The position numbers and the translations under genes were made by a program. The notes under the pieces were generated by a model. The model was not told the origin of the DNA, did not search any database, and worked only from the letters and a program-made list of their open reading frames with translations. A DNA stretch of 64,000 nucleotides from Salinivirgaceae bacterium (GTDB taxonomy: Bacteria > Bacteroidota > Bacteroidia > Bacteroidales > SZUA-534): positions 4,775-68,774 of the forward strand of contig JAFVGW010000016.1 of assembly GCA_017474765.1 (NCBI GenBank), written 5' to 3'. Positions within the stretch are counted from its first letter, which is position 1. Each line of letters opens with the position of its first letter. Shown here piece after piece: positions 10,901-18,553 of this stretch.

Positions 10901-13523
10901 TCAGGAAGTGATGGAACTGGTCGGCCACGGCCGTCAGCTCAATCTCAGAGTTGTACGCGTAAATACCTGTGCCTGTGACTTTTCCATTCTCGGCCTCTGC
11001 CGTTACCGGGAAGCTGTCAATTGCAAACACGGCCTCGAACGCAGTGTCGCGTTTGATAATCAGCTGGCGGGGCGTGCTTCGGTCGCCGTCGTTCCAACGG
11101 AGGAAGTGATAGTGCGCGTCGGCATGGGTTTTCAGTGTCAGGCGTGTGCCATGGTTGTAGGTGCTGTCGGCGTTCTGGTTGCCTTCAACAGTAACTGTTC
11201 CGTGCTCGCCTGTAGCCGATATGTTGTATGTATTGATTTCAAAATTTGCCGATGAGTAGGCAGTATCGTGCAGAATGAGCACTGTGCGCGGGTTCGACAG
11301 GCGGCCATCGCTCCACTTTGTAAAGTGGTAGCCCTCAATTGGTGTCGGTATAAGGTCAAGTTTGGCTCCATAAACCTTCGGACCGCTGAACCGAACAGTT
11401 CCAAGGCTGTCAACCTCCGACTTCACAGCCACCTTGCACTCAACAGGTCCAGCGGTGTTGACATATACATCAACATTCACATATCGGTTTGTCGTGTCGC
11501 CTGCCGCCATCAGTCCGAAGCTGATTTTCAGATTGTTGGCTTGCTTGAGCGGCCATATTATAAGTTTAGCGTCGGGAGTCGACGAGCCCTGCATCAGCAC
11601 CACGGCTGAGGCGCTGCTCTGTGTTGTTGTCGGGTTTCCATTGGCATTGAACATGATGACTTTATTCCCCTCAACATCAACAGCTTTGTTGGCTGCAAAG
11701 AGTCCGTTTCCGTACATTTTGAGCAGTTCATAACCGTTAGCGTTGTACAAGGCAGGAACCGAGTCGGCAATTCTGATAGTGTCTATCTTCTGAACCAGCA
11801 GTTGGATTGGCTGAATCTCCTCCACTTCATTGAACTCTTCAACCTGAGCAACGTCGCCTGTAACGACAAGTTCGGTGTGAACGCCAACGCCAGAGGTATC
11901 GGCGCTCAACAATGTTGAATCATTGTGGTCGGTTACAGAAAATTCAGGTGTACTGAAGGTTGTTGATTGGGAAGTTATCTCTACAAGGCTCTTGTCAGAC
12001 TCCTTGTCTTGCAGCTCAAATTCCGATGTATTGAACGATGTGTTTCCGATTGTAATGCGCATCAGGTCCGGTTCATTGTCCTTGACGGCTCTGCGGCCCG
12101 AAACGGCAAAGCCTGTCTGCATCGCCTTGCCTTCGTTGTCCTCGATGTAGGCGCGTGTGCCCTCCACGTTGTCGACTTTAAATATGGTGTTTGGCGTGCC
12201 GTCTTTGGCGGCTTTTCGTCCGCTAACAGCGAAACCTGTCCGCATTGCTTTGGCCTCCTCGTAGTCAACATAGATGACGGTGCCTTCAGCATCAATCACC
12301 ATATATTTAATGGTATTGTCGGCGCCAGAATCATTTTTTGCGGCACGACGTCCTGAAACGGCGAATCCAGTGCTGACAGCCTTATCTTTCTGTGAGTCAA
12401 TATAGATTTGAGTACCATAGCTGTTCACCTCAAACAGTCTGATTTCCTTGCCTTTGGCTGCTCTCCGTCCAGATACAGCAAAGCCAGTGCTGACAGCTTT
12501 TCCATTTTCATCCACATATATTTTGGTTCCGTCGGCATTGATTTCCAGAAATTTACCATTGGAACTACTTTTAGCCGCCCTGCGTCCCGAAACGGCAAAA
12601 CCCGTGCGGACAGCCTTGGTTGAGTCATCTTCAACATAGACGCGGGTACCGTCGGCATTGATTTCCAGATATTTGTCGCTGTCTCCCTTGGCACCTGCAC
12701 GGCGGCCTGCCACCGCAAAGCCCGTGCGAACGGCTTTGGTTGCATCCTCGTCAATGTAGACCTGCGTGCCTGTTGCGCCGACGGTGAATAAGTCGAAGCC
12801 ATCTTTGGATGCCGCCTTGCGCCCTGAAACTGCGAAGCCTGTCTGCATGGCCTTTCCTCCAGCGGTATCTTTATCGTTGACAAATACTTGTGTTCCTTTG
12901 GCGTTCACAGCAAAGATGTCAGCGTCAGCGTCTTCCTTGGCTGCGCGGCGCCCGGCAACTGCAAAGCCCGTGCTGAGAGCCTTAGCGCTGTCGGTGTCAT
13001 TGACAAACACCCGCACGCCATCGTGATAAACGGCAAAAACAACGTTGCCGTCTTTGTCGCGAACCTCAAACAAGGCGTCACTGTCCGATTTGGGGTCGCC
13101 TGCCTGAATGGTGCTGACCTTTCCTGCCGCAGGGGCGTACATGGCGTACGGCGCGGGCTGCAACTGTATGGTTCCCAGGTCGATATAATTGGTACCGCCA
13201 TCGGGGTCGGCCTCTATTTTCATCATCACCTGCATGGTGCTCCAAGGCACTTCGGCAAACGTGCCGCTGACAGTCTGACCCTTGCCCACCTCAACCTGAA
13301 CGTTGCCATACTGGTTGGTTTTGGTTTTGTGCGTCTCGCTGTACACAACTTTTCCATCGTAGATGAGGCTGAACAGCATTCCAACCTCCTGATTACTAAC
13401 CAGATCTCCTTTTGCAGAGCGAATAACTGCTTGATAGGCAAAACTGTTCTGAGCTTCGGCAGTTGCCATAATCGCCATTGTCAGGCAGAAAGCCGCCATC
13501 ATTTTTTTCAAGATAGAACTCAT
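4941..13523 (-). CDS. Giant (~2860 aa) repetitive cell-surface protein: YQAV...PYA N-domain, GFAVSGRR repeats, InlB-B/Flg_new repeats, BspA-type LRR_5, C-terminal BspA/DUF285-like region
   Basis: Signal peptide from MSSILKK; GY(H/T)FxxWxDG repeats; IPxxVxxIGxxAFxxC LRRs; one uninterrupted ORF. Confidence 0.85.
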   Translation of the reverse strand: MSSILKKMMAAFCLTMAIMATAEAQNSFAYQAVIRSAKGDLVSNQEVGMLFSLIYDGKVVYSETHKTKTNQYGNVQVEVGKGQTVSGTFAEVPWSTMQVMMKIEADPDGGTNYIDLGTIQLQPAPYAMYAPAAGKVSTIQAGDPKSDSDALFEVRDKDGNVVFAVYHDGVRVFVNDTDSAKALSTGFAVAGRRAAKEDADADIFAVNAKGTQVFVNDKDTAGGKAMQTGFAVSGRKAASKDGFDLFTVGATGTQVYIDEDATKAVRTGFAVAGRRAGAKGDSDKYLEINADGTRVYVEDDSTKAVRTGFAVSGRRAAKSSSNGKFLEINADGTKIYVDENGKAVSTGFAVSGRRAAKGKEIRLFEVNSYGTQIYIDSQKDKAVSTGFAVSGRRAAKNDSGADNTIKYMVIDAEGTVIYVDYEEAKAMRTGFAVSGRKAAKDGTPNTIFKVDNVEGTRAYIEDNEGKAMQTGFAVSGRRAVKDNEPDLMRITIGNTSFNTSEFELQDKESDKSLVEITSQSTTFSTPEFSVTDHNDSTLLSADTSGVGVHTELVVTGDVAQVEEFNEVEEIQPIQLLVQKIDTIRIADSVPALYNANGYELLKMYGNGLFAANKAVDVEGNKVIMFNANGNPTTTQSSASAVVLMQGSSTPDAKLIIWPLKQANNLKISFGLMAAGDTTNRYVNVDVYVNTAGPVECKVAVKSEVDSLGTVRFSGPKVYGAKLDLIPTPIEGYHFTKWSDGRLSNPRTVLILHDTAYSSANFEINTYNISATGEHGTVTVEGNQNADSTYNHGTRLTLKTHADAHYHFLRWNDGDRSTPRQLIIKRDTAFEAVFAIDSFPVTAEAENGKVTGTGIYAYNSEIELTAVADQFHHFLNWSDGSTDNPLKLTVDDEINLTAYFEIDSYMLTVDNPDEGEIEVKGNRNADWTYNHGTEIELTATAMEPHYHFDHWFDGSRSNPHKVTVTDEMTITAVFMLDSCTVSTTASEGGKAVGGGTVEYGTEIELRAYPDTAAGYHFTSWSDGDNTNPRKLKVKKDAQLVANFSLNTYTVAYIIDGDVYGEAEDVAYGTALTLRAAPVKEGYTFGGWSNAPATMPMHNVTITGTMPANKHTINYKVDGVDYQTVGNVEFGTRPRLIAAPEKEGYTFSGWQNVPATMPDKDITIEGTFDINRYTIAFNTNNGSAVDTITANYGAAIALPAAPTREGYTFDGWDKQLPATMPAQNLTLRAKWILNKYTITFDTDGGAAMAAMTVNYSKPVSEPAEPRKKGYTFIGWDTQIPAKMPATNLTIKALWKVNQYTISFDADGGSPVASITADYGTAITVPAAPEKLGYRFDGWDSELPATMPAENLTLKAHWTQRLYTLSVETQNGSVSGIGEYTYGQNVTLTANPNEHYHFVNWNGGLTSKTVSFTVKNDTLLTANFAIDEYAISFVSEGKTLQSGNIAYGETPEYKGETPTKAATAQYAYTHTGWTPAIEPVTGEKTYTAVFTENERSYTIKFVNDDNTELYSTTVKYGEMPEYDGETPTKAATAQYAYTHTGWTPAIEPVTGEKTYTAVFTSTENQYAVNFGVNDNAGGTIRTNAASQTIASGDKVNYGTSVIITAEPSYGYYYLGLTNGKGEIVSNQFSIVKDTTLTAVFMKDFEGTDSLKYTLTSATTVSVRAGQYPPARKWIDIPETVTRDGFTFNVTEIEENAFSFYTSNNITAVIVPEGVTTIGANAFGSCERLTQISLPSTLVNLGSYAFQSCPALTTVTVADGNTAYCVVDGVLYNKDKTTLVVYPAAKSGTSFTIPTSVTHIDKCAFRNCQNLTSVTYAGNNVTIIDESAFYNCKFSNVSIPASVVTIGNSAFSKCTMAEVTIPAGVQNIGYAAFTDCSNLTEITVAYGNRRYSSVDGVLFSYNRDTLVQYPAGKTAESYTVADGVKVVSSQAFNGCSKLKSLTIAGDVERIEDYVIANCTNLRTVAIGNKVVSIGMSMFSFCQNLTTVTIPGKVTHIGTEGGKAFALCGNVTAYCEADSKPENWYFDKNFNVSNVKYGCKYIKASTSDASKGSVTVDRTNLAVEGADGSLWYEKGKTATFTASPADYYHFVNWNGNDNLTNETYSFTVEDNTSLTANFAINNHTITYMVDGAVSGQVETYNYGETITLRTKPSKEGYTFAGWSDGQTTYNENSSFSIADSDVTFTAQWTVNKYEIKFVNYDGTELQKTDVAYGTTPVYDGTTPTKPADAQYTYTFSGWSPAIATVTGAATYTAQFSSTTRKYTITFKNGETTLQSTEVAYGQTPNYNGDTPTKTADAQYTYTFSSWSPAIATVTGAATYTAQFSTTTRQYTITFGVATAGTGSVTAKVSGTAISSGASVNYGSDVVLTAVAGSGYTFSHWNDGNTSNPRTVNVKGNCDYKATFTTGSTTTISLSGLTENTTVSDGSTLTGTTNYKITIADGASVTLNDATINKGIVCAGSATINLVGTNKAQGYDEGDAGYAGVQCGGVGTTLTIKGDGSLTAIGGHNSAGIGLRSEYSSQGGDIVIEGGNIFAQGGTNADQVCGAAGIGACLLFNNGSEYALGSITIKGGSVTAIGGNNVGGLGKGTDRISLAIGPITIYSGIDMVDASGINNGITIKYMNGQTDVTSNTSSYFTIVSDGNRRFIIPKENTNYSVSIASNISGGSVTADKTTAKAGDIVNLTATAASGYRLISLTVKDLNDRDVTVNNNHFIMPKSGVIVSATFVESTAVLNNGELTLSGNVKVEDVQAFKDENVTSVICESGTVFPEDCFDMFSGFRYVATIDLSNANVSYVTRTQEMFESCYQLRTIYVSSSWSLSRVSGSFMFIGCNQLRGGNGTEYNSSHIDAEYARIDGQGGPGYLTEK

Positions 13524-13604
13524 TTTATATTTGAATAATTTATTGTATTCCAATGTTTTATTTATTAGATAAATTAGGCGTTAACACATAATTTCTTCAA
13601 CCCA

Positions 13605-13612
13605 CAAAGCTA
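13605..13612 (-). promoter_or_regulatory. Bacteroidota sigma-A -7 element (TAGCTTTG) upstream of the giant gene
   Basis: Matches TAnnTTTG about 80 nt before the ATG. Confidence 0.55.
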
Positions 13613-13821
13613 ATAAAAGTATTGTTTGCCCTTGTTCTTCAAATACCATTTTTCAACAATAGCAAGTCGAGAACTTTGATTTTGATTTCACATTTCAAAA
13701 TATACATTAGCAACATTCTGGCAATCAATAATTTTACTCAAAAAGAAAGCGAAAAAACGAACAAATTTCCAAAATGTTCGTATTAATAATTGTTTGTATA
13801 TAAGAAACAAAAAGAGAAGCG

Positions 13822-14892
13822 ATGATGAGAACGAATTATTTAAATAGAATTTTAACAATAGCCTTGATGTTTGGCTACGGAAGCGTATTTGCGGAAAATA
13901 GGATTATCACTGATAATACGACATATTCTGGCAGTTCCCCAATTGTTTTAGTTAATGGAGACCTAACAATAAGCAATGGCATAACATTGACAATAACAAA
14001 CAGTGCCACACTGATTGTGAATGGCGATTTACATATACGTAATAAGGGTGAGATATTAGTTTCGAACAATGCTTTAGTTATGATTAAGGGAATAGTCATT
14101 CAAGAAAATGGGCAAGCTACACTGGATAATACTTCTTTTTTTGCCAGTGGAGGCTATGATGGTATACATAACAAAACTAATCTGCCTAATCCTGGCAGCC
14201 AAACTTATATAGATGATAACGAAACATACAAAAACCTCAGTGTTCTGGCTGGAATTGCGAATAATTTAATTGGTAGGCTGGAAAATACAGGTATTGAATT
14301 CACTATGCCGGCTTATGTAACAACGGCATTAGGATGGGCCGATGAATCGATTTCACCTCTACCCATCGAACTCACCTATTTCGTTGCCCGCCGAACTTCG
14401 GATGGCGTAAAATTCGAGTGGCAGACGGCCTCGGAGAAGGACAACGACTACTTCACCATTGAGTACAGTACCGATGCGCTTAACTTCAGCGAACTGGCAA
14501 CTGTGAGCGGTGCGGGCACTTCAACGGAAATCATAAACTATGAATACAATTACAGCACCAATGCTACAGGTATGATGTATTACCGTCTGCGCCAGACCGA
14601 TTACGACGGCCAAACGGAATGCTCTGACATTGTGGCTCTCACCCTTGCCGGGCACCAGACCACCAACGTCAGCAATATCGACATAAAGATTTATCCGAAT
14701 CCAGCAATCGATTACGTGCAAATTAATGGGGACGGTATTGTGAGTGTGGAATTTGTAAATGCAAGCGGACGAGTTCTGTCAGCAGCGGGCCAACAGGCTT
14801 CGTACAGCATAAGCAATCTGCCGCAGGGGATTAATTATGTAATTGTACACACAACTCAAGGCAACGCCATTCGGCAATTCATAAAACATTGA
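13822..14892 (+). CDS. T9SS type A sorting domain-containing protein
   Basis: Signal peptide; PLPIELTYF..WQTASEKDNDYFTIEYS..YYRLRQTDYDG Ig module; CTD IYPNPA..LPQGINYV..FIK. Confidence 0.88.
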   Translation: MMRTNYLNRILTIALMFGYGSVFAENRIITDNTTYSGSSPIVLVNGDLTISNGITLTITNSATLIVNGDLHIRNKGEILVSNNALVMIKGIVIQENGQATLDNTSFFASGGYDGIHNKTNLPNPGSQTYIDDNETYKNLSVLAGIANNLIGRLENTGIEFTMPAYVTTALGWADESISPLPIELTYFVARRTSDGVKFEWQTASEKDNDYFTIEYSTDALNFSELATVSGAGTSTEIINYEYNYSTNATGMMYYRLRQTDYDGQTECSDIVALTLAGHQTTNVSNIDIKIYPNPAIDYVQINGDGIVSVEFVNASGRVLSAAGQQASYSISNLPQGINYVIVHTTQGNAIRQFIKH

Positions 14893-14950
14893 TTTTTAAA
14901 TTGGTTATTTCCGAATCCGAATTCGCACCAATGCGTAAGGCACAAAAATA

Positions 14951-14990
14951 AAAAAGGCCGCCCGAATCGTCTTCAGGCGGCCTTCTGCTT
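14951..14990. terminator. Probable bidirectional terminator between convergent genes
   Basis: AAGGCCGCC...GGCGGCCTT stem with A-run on the left. Confidence 0.7.
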
Positions 14991-15006
14991 TATCTAACAC
15001 ACTCTC

Positions 15007-16224
15007 CTACAGCGCCCTGACATACGTTGAAGGCGAGTCGAGAACCTTGATTTTGTCAACGTTTTCCTTGTCGATGGTGCTGATTTGCAGCAGCGAGTCG
15101 ACCACTGCGTCGGCCATTGAAGCGGGGATGCTCACGGCACTGCGCACGAGCGACTGTTTGCCAAGTTCGCCTTGCCCCGATATGCGGGTGATGCGCGTTG
15201 TGGTTGCGCCTGTTGCGCCCACGCTCAGGCAGGTGGCGCGCAGGTCGTCGATGCGGTCCTCGTCCGATATGATGGTCACCTCGCAGTTGTCAGAATGAAC
15301 ACAAGCGTTGCGGTTGTCGGCCGACCCTTCGGCGTCGAGACGGCGGCGCCAGTTGGTGTTGCCCTTGAGCGAGTCGATGGCGGCTATCACCTGCTCCATT
15401 GACGCGGCGAACTTCTGCCCGCCAATCTTCATATAGGTATCGATAAGTCCCACAGTGATAGGCGTTTGGTAGATGAATCCACGTCCAGGGCGGTCGAGTT
15501 TGGCCTGCTCTGCCAGCAGTTGGGCAATGCTGCTCGAATCCTGCTCGGGCATAATCAGGTGCACAATCTCCTTCTCGGCGGGAATGGTGACGCGGATAAG
15601 GCCCAGTTGGTCGCGGATGTCGTTGCCAGTGGCGTTGGTGAGTTGCGGCACGCAGATGCCCAGGTCGAGCGCGTTCTTGGCCAGATTGTCGCCCTCGCCG
15701 TTCTCCGACAGAACGCAAATCATATACGAAAGGTGGTTCAGCAGCGTAACGTCGTTGTTTTCAACCTTTTTGCTATCCAGAAAAGCCAGATTGATGACAG
15801 GCGGCTGATTGCTGAACTCCATAAGGTCCTGCGAGAAGATGGTTCCGCGGCCAGGCACGTTCAGTCCCGCCAGGGCGATGATGGCACCGATGGTGTCTCT
15901 CACGTTCTCGCGCGGCACGGTGAAGCGGAAAATGGTTGAAGGTGTGCTTCTTAACTTCACTGTGTCGCCAGGAATGCCGAACGGCAGCGGCTTGACAAGT
16001 TCGCGCACGTTTCGGGCCTGCTCAATGTAGGCGTCAACCTCGAGTTGCGTCAGAAAATCCTGCACAACAGGCGCCAAATTGTTGTTAATCATACAGGTTA
16101 TAAGGCTCACGCGATGCGGCGTGTAGATGCCTTTGGCCATTTGCGTCCGCCAAACGGTACGCGACGGCGAGAATGCGCGGTTCCTGCTCGCATTCACCAT
16201 TTCCATATTATCATTCATTGTCAT
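15007..16224 (-). CDS. P-II-like (GlnB-fold) multi-domain protein
   Basis: Two segments ending LNVPGRGTIF and LDRPGRGFIY (P-II B-loop-like) plus a third VGATGATT segment; overlaps the DUF1538 gene stop. Confidence 0.65.
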   Translation of the reverse strand: MTMNDNMEMVNASRNRAFSPSRTVWRTQMAKGIYTPHRVSLITCMINNNLAPVVQDFLTQLEVDAYIEQARNVRELVKPLPFGIPGDTVKLRSTPSTIFRFTVPRENVRDTIGAIIALAGLNVPGRGTIFSQDLMEFSNQPPVINLAFLDSKKVENNDVTLLNHLSYMICVLSENGEGDNLAKNALDLGICVPQLTNATGNDIRDQLGLIRVTIPAEKEIVHLIMPEQDSSSIAQLLAEQAKLDRPGRGFIYQTPITVGLIDTYMKIGGQKFAASMEQVIAAIDSLKGNTNWRRRLDAEGSADNRNACVHSDNCEVTIISDEDRIDDLRATCLSVGATGATTTRITRISGQGELGKQSLVRSAVSIPASMADAVVDSLLQISTIDKENVDKIKVLDSPSTYVRAL

Positions 16225-18268
16225 TGGTCTTTAGGGTTTTACGTTGTTTCAGTCGGGTGAAGATGCCGAACAGAAGCACAGTGATGATTGGCCAGGCCGA
16301 AGCCATTGCCAGAATGCCGAAACCGTCGGAAATGTTGAGCGCTCCGCCGATTCCAAGGCCCAGAGCCAGCACCAGCGGCACGGTCACGGGTCCTGTGGTC
16401 ACGCCGCCGCTATCCCAGGCGATTGACGCGAATCCGTCCTCGCTGAAAATGGTGAGAATCAGCAGCAAACCGTAAGAGATGACTATCAGCCAGACAAGCG
16501 GCAAATCGAACAAGATGCGCGCCAAACCGAGCACAATGCCCATTCCCACGCCCACCGACACCACCTGCACAATCTGCTTGCGCTTGATGGCGCCAACGGT
16601 CAGGTCTTCAACCGTGATTCCCAATGCGTTAAGCGCGGGCTCGGCAAGTGTCGCACCATAGCCAAGGCCGAAGGCGAACAGCAGCACCAGCACAAGTCCC
16701 AAAACCGACAACTTGCTGTTGAACAGCGGCTTTTCAGTAATTATCTGTGTATAAGTGTGTTTCTCACTGTCGTAATAAGCGGGATTGAACTCAACGGGCT
16801 TAACCTCGCCCTTCTCGTAAAGGTTGAAGAAGGTCAGATTTTCGCCCTCGGGGCTGATGCCGCTGTAGAGCATTGTGCTGTCGAAATTATTGATAACCAC
16901 CTGCTCAACAAACTTCTCCTCGCTTGCGAAAGCCTTCGGCAACTGCGAGCCCACTTCGCCGCCGAGCGAACCCAAACCAAGTTTGATGCCCGATGTGAGC
17001 AGAATCATACCCACCAGCGTGAATGTCAGGCCCAGAGCCACTTCGTCTTTGTTGCGGATTTTCTCGCGAAGGAAGAGCGTGAGCACCAGAATGAGCAGCA
17101 GCGTGAGCGGAATCACAGCCCGCAGGCCGCCAACCGTCTCCTCCTTGAGCGTTGTGCTCAGCGGCTCGGTGACGGGCGCCTCGCTTGCAATCTCAACCGA
17201 CGACAGCAGCCCGCGCTCGTAATCGCTTGCGCGAAGTGCGAGCCACTCCTGAAGTGTCTCATTTCCAAGATATTTCTTGCAAACCGAATCGTTTGTGGCG
17301 ATGGCCATAACGGCTTTGTCGAACTGCGCCGAATCGTTGCCGAACAAGGCGCGGCGGCCCGCCTCACTGCCGTGAGTGAAGGCGTGCTCGGCAACCATTG
17401 CCTCGTTGCCGTTGAACAGTTGTGCCGAAACGGTCTTGTTTTCAGGCGCGAAGAATACTTCCTCGGTTGTGGCGGCGGGAATGAGCGTGTTCAGATACAA
17501 GCCAAGCCCCAGCACAGCCGCAATCGGGAATGCCGACGCCAGCATAATGATGCCGAATCCGCCGTCATTGCCCGAACCTTTGTTTGCTGTTCGCGAAACA
17601 CCGATACCCAGCGCCAGCACAAGCGGCACGGTCACGGCTCCCGTTGTTACTGCACCGCAGTCCCAAGCCAAGCCGATTATCTTCGACAGATTGACGTTGA
17701 ACGACGCGTAAACCGTCATTGCCATAACCAGCGGAATGACCACGAATATTATCGGTTTGATGTTCCAACCGTAGTAGAATCGGCACATACCGAGCGCCAC
17801 AGCCAGTCCCACGCCCGCTCCAACGGCATTGACAAGCATTCCCGAGTATTTGTCGAGAATCATATAAAGCAGCGGTGAGTCCCACGCCGTGATGGTTGCG
17901 CCAGCCGTCTTCAGCGAACTGATGGCAGGCTCGGCAAGCGTTGAGCCAAAGCCCAGAATGATGCCGAAAATGCAGATTGGCACAATGCCCACTTTGGCAG
18001 GCAACTTCACTCCCACGCGCTCGCCAATGGGCATCATACCCAGCACGAGCCCCTCAAGGAAGAAGGCCAGACCGAACACCACAAGGGCTATTCCGCCCGC
18101 CGTTCCCCAAGCGTTGGCCAGCGGCGTGCGCAGAATGGCCACCTGAAAAAACACAAGGTATAGGATGATAAAGGCTACCGACTTTATCTGTCCCATAATC
18201 CGCGATTTGGCGTAGCCGCCTATCATTGCAAGCGAATCGCCAATCGGAAGACGTTTTCTATGAATCAT
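16211..18268 (-). CDS. DUF1538 family membrane protein (two fused DUF1538 domains)
   Basis: Many TM helices; TLAEPA and AWDxGxVTTGxVTVPLVLALG motifs each occur twice. Confidence 0.85.
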   Translation of the reverse strand: MIHRKRLPIGDSLAMIGGYAKSRIMGQIKSVAFIILYLVFFQVAILRTPLANAWGTAGGIALVVFGLAFFLEGLVLGMMPIGERVGVKLPAKVGIVPICIFGIILGFGSTLAEPAISSLKTAGATITAWDSPLLYMILDKYSGMLVNAVGAGVGLAVALGMCRFYYGWNIKPIIFVVIPLVMAMTVYASFNVNLSKIIGLAWDCGAVTTGAVTVPLVLALGIGVSRTANKGSGNDGGFGIIMLASAFPIAAVLGLGLYLNTLIPAATTEEVFFAPENKTVSAQLFNGNEAMVAEHAFTHGSEAGRRALFGNDSAQFDKAVMAIATNDSVCKKYLGNETLQEWLALRASDYERGLLSSVEIASEAPVTEPLSTTLKEETVGGLRAVIPLTLLLILVLTLFLREKIRNKDEVALGLTFTLVGMILLTSGIKLGLGSLGGEVGSQLPKAFASEEKFVEQVVINNFDSTMLYSGISPEGENLTFFNLYEKGEVKPVEFNPAYYDSEKHTYTQIITEKPLFNSKLSVLGLVLVLLFAFGLGYGATLAEPALNALGITVEDLTVGAIKRKQIVQVVSVGVGMGIVLGLARILFDLPLVWLIVISYGLLLILTIFSEDGFASIAWDSGGVTTGPVTVPLVLALGLGIGGALNISDGFGILAMASAWPIITVLLFGIFTRLKQRKTLKTNDNE

Positions 18269-18376
18269 AATATTAACAAATTACTTTTCTGTTCCGTTTT
18301 CTGCTGTAAAATGCAGTAATATACGAACAAACTAAAATTTTGTTGTCCGTCAGTGATATAGAGGTTTTCTTCGAGC

Positions 18377-18541
18377 CTAATTCTGCCGAAGTTTCAGCAT
18401 TTTCGCCTTAATAATGAGTTCGTCGACCGATGAGAACAAGCCCACCTCGGCAAGCCGCAGCAGCCGCTCGGTGTCGGCAGATTTGTCAGAAACCGAGTTG
18501 GCGGCGCTTTTCTTTTTATTTGAAAACAAATTGATAGTCAT
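18377..18541 (-). CDS. Small hypothetical protein (54 aa), below the ORF-track cut-off
   Basis: Hand translation MTINLFSNKKKSAANSVSDKSADTERLLRLAEVGLFSSVDELIIKAKMLKLRQN*; ATG 12 nt after the upstream stop; GC-rich codons like neighbouring genes. Confidence 0.55.
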   Translation of the reverse strand: MTINLFSNKKKSAANSVSDKSADTERLLRLAEVGLFSSVDELIIKAKMLKLRQN

Positions 18542-18553
18542 TGGTTTAGATGT

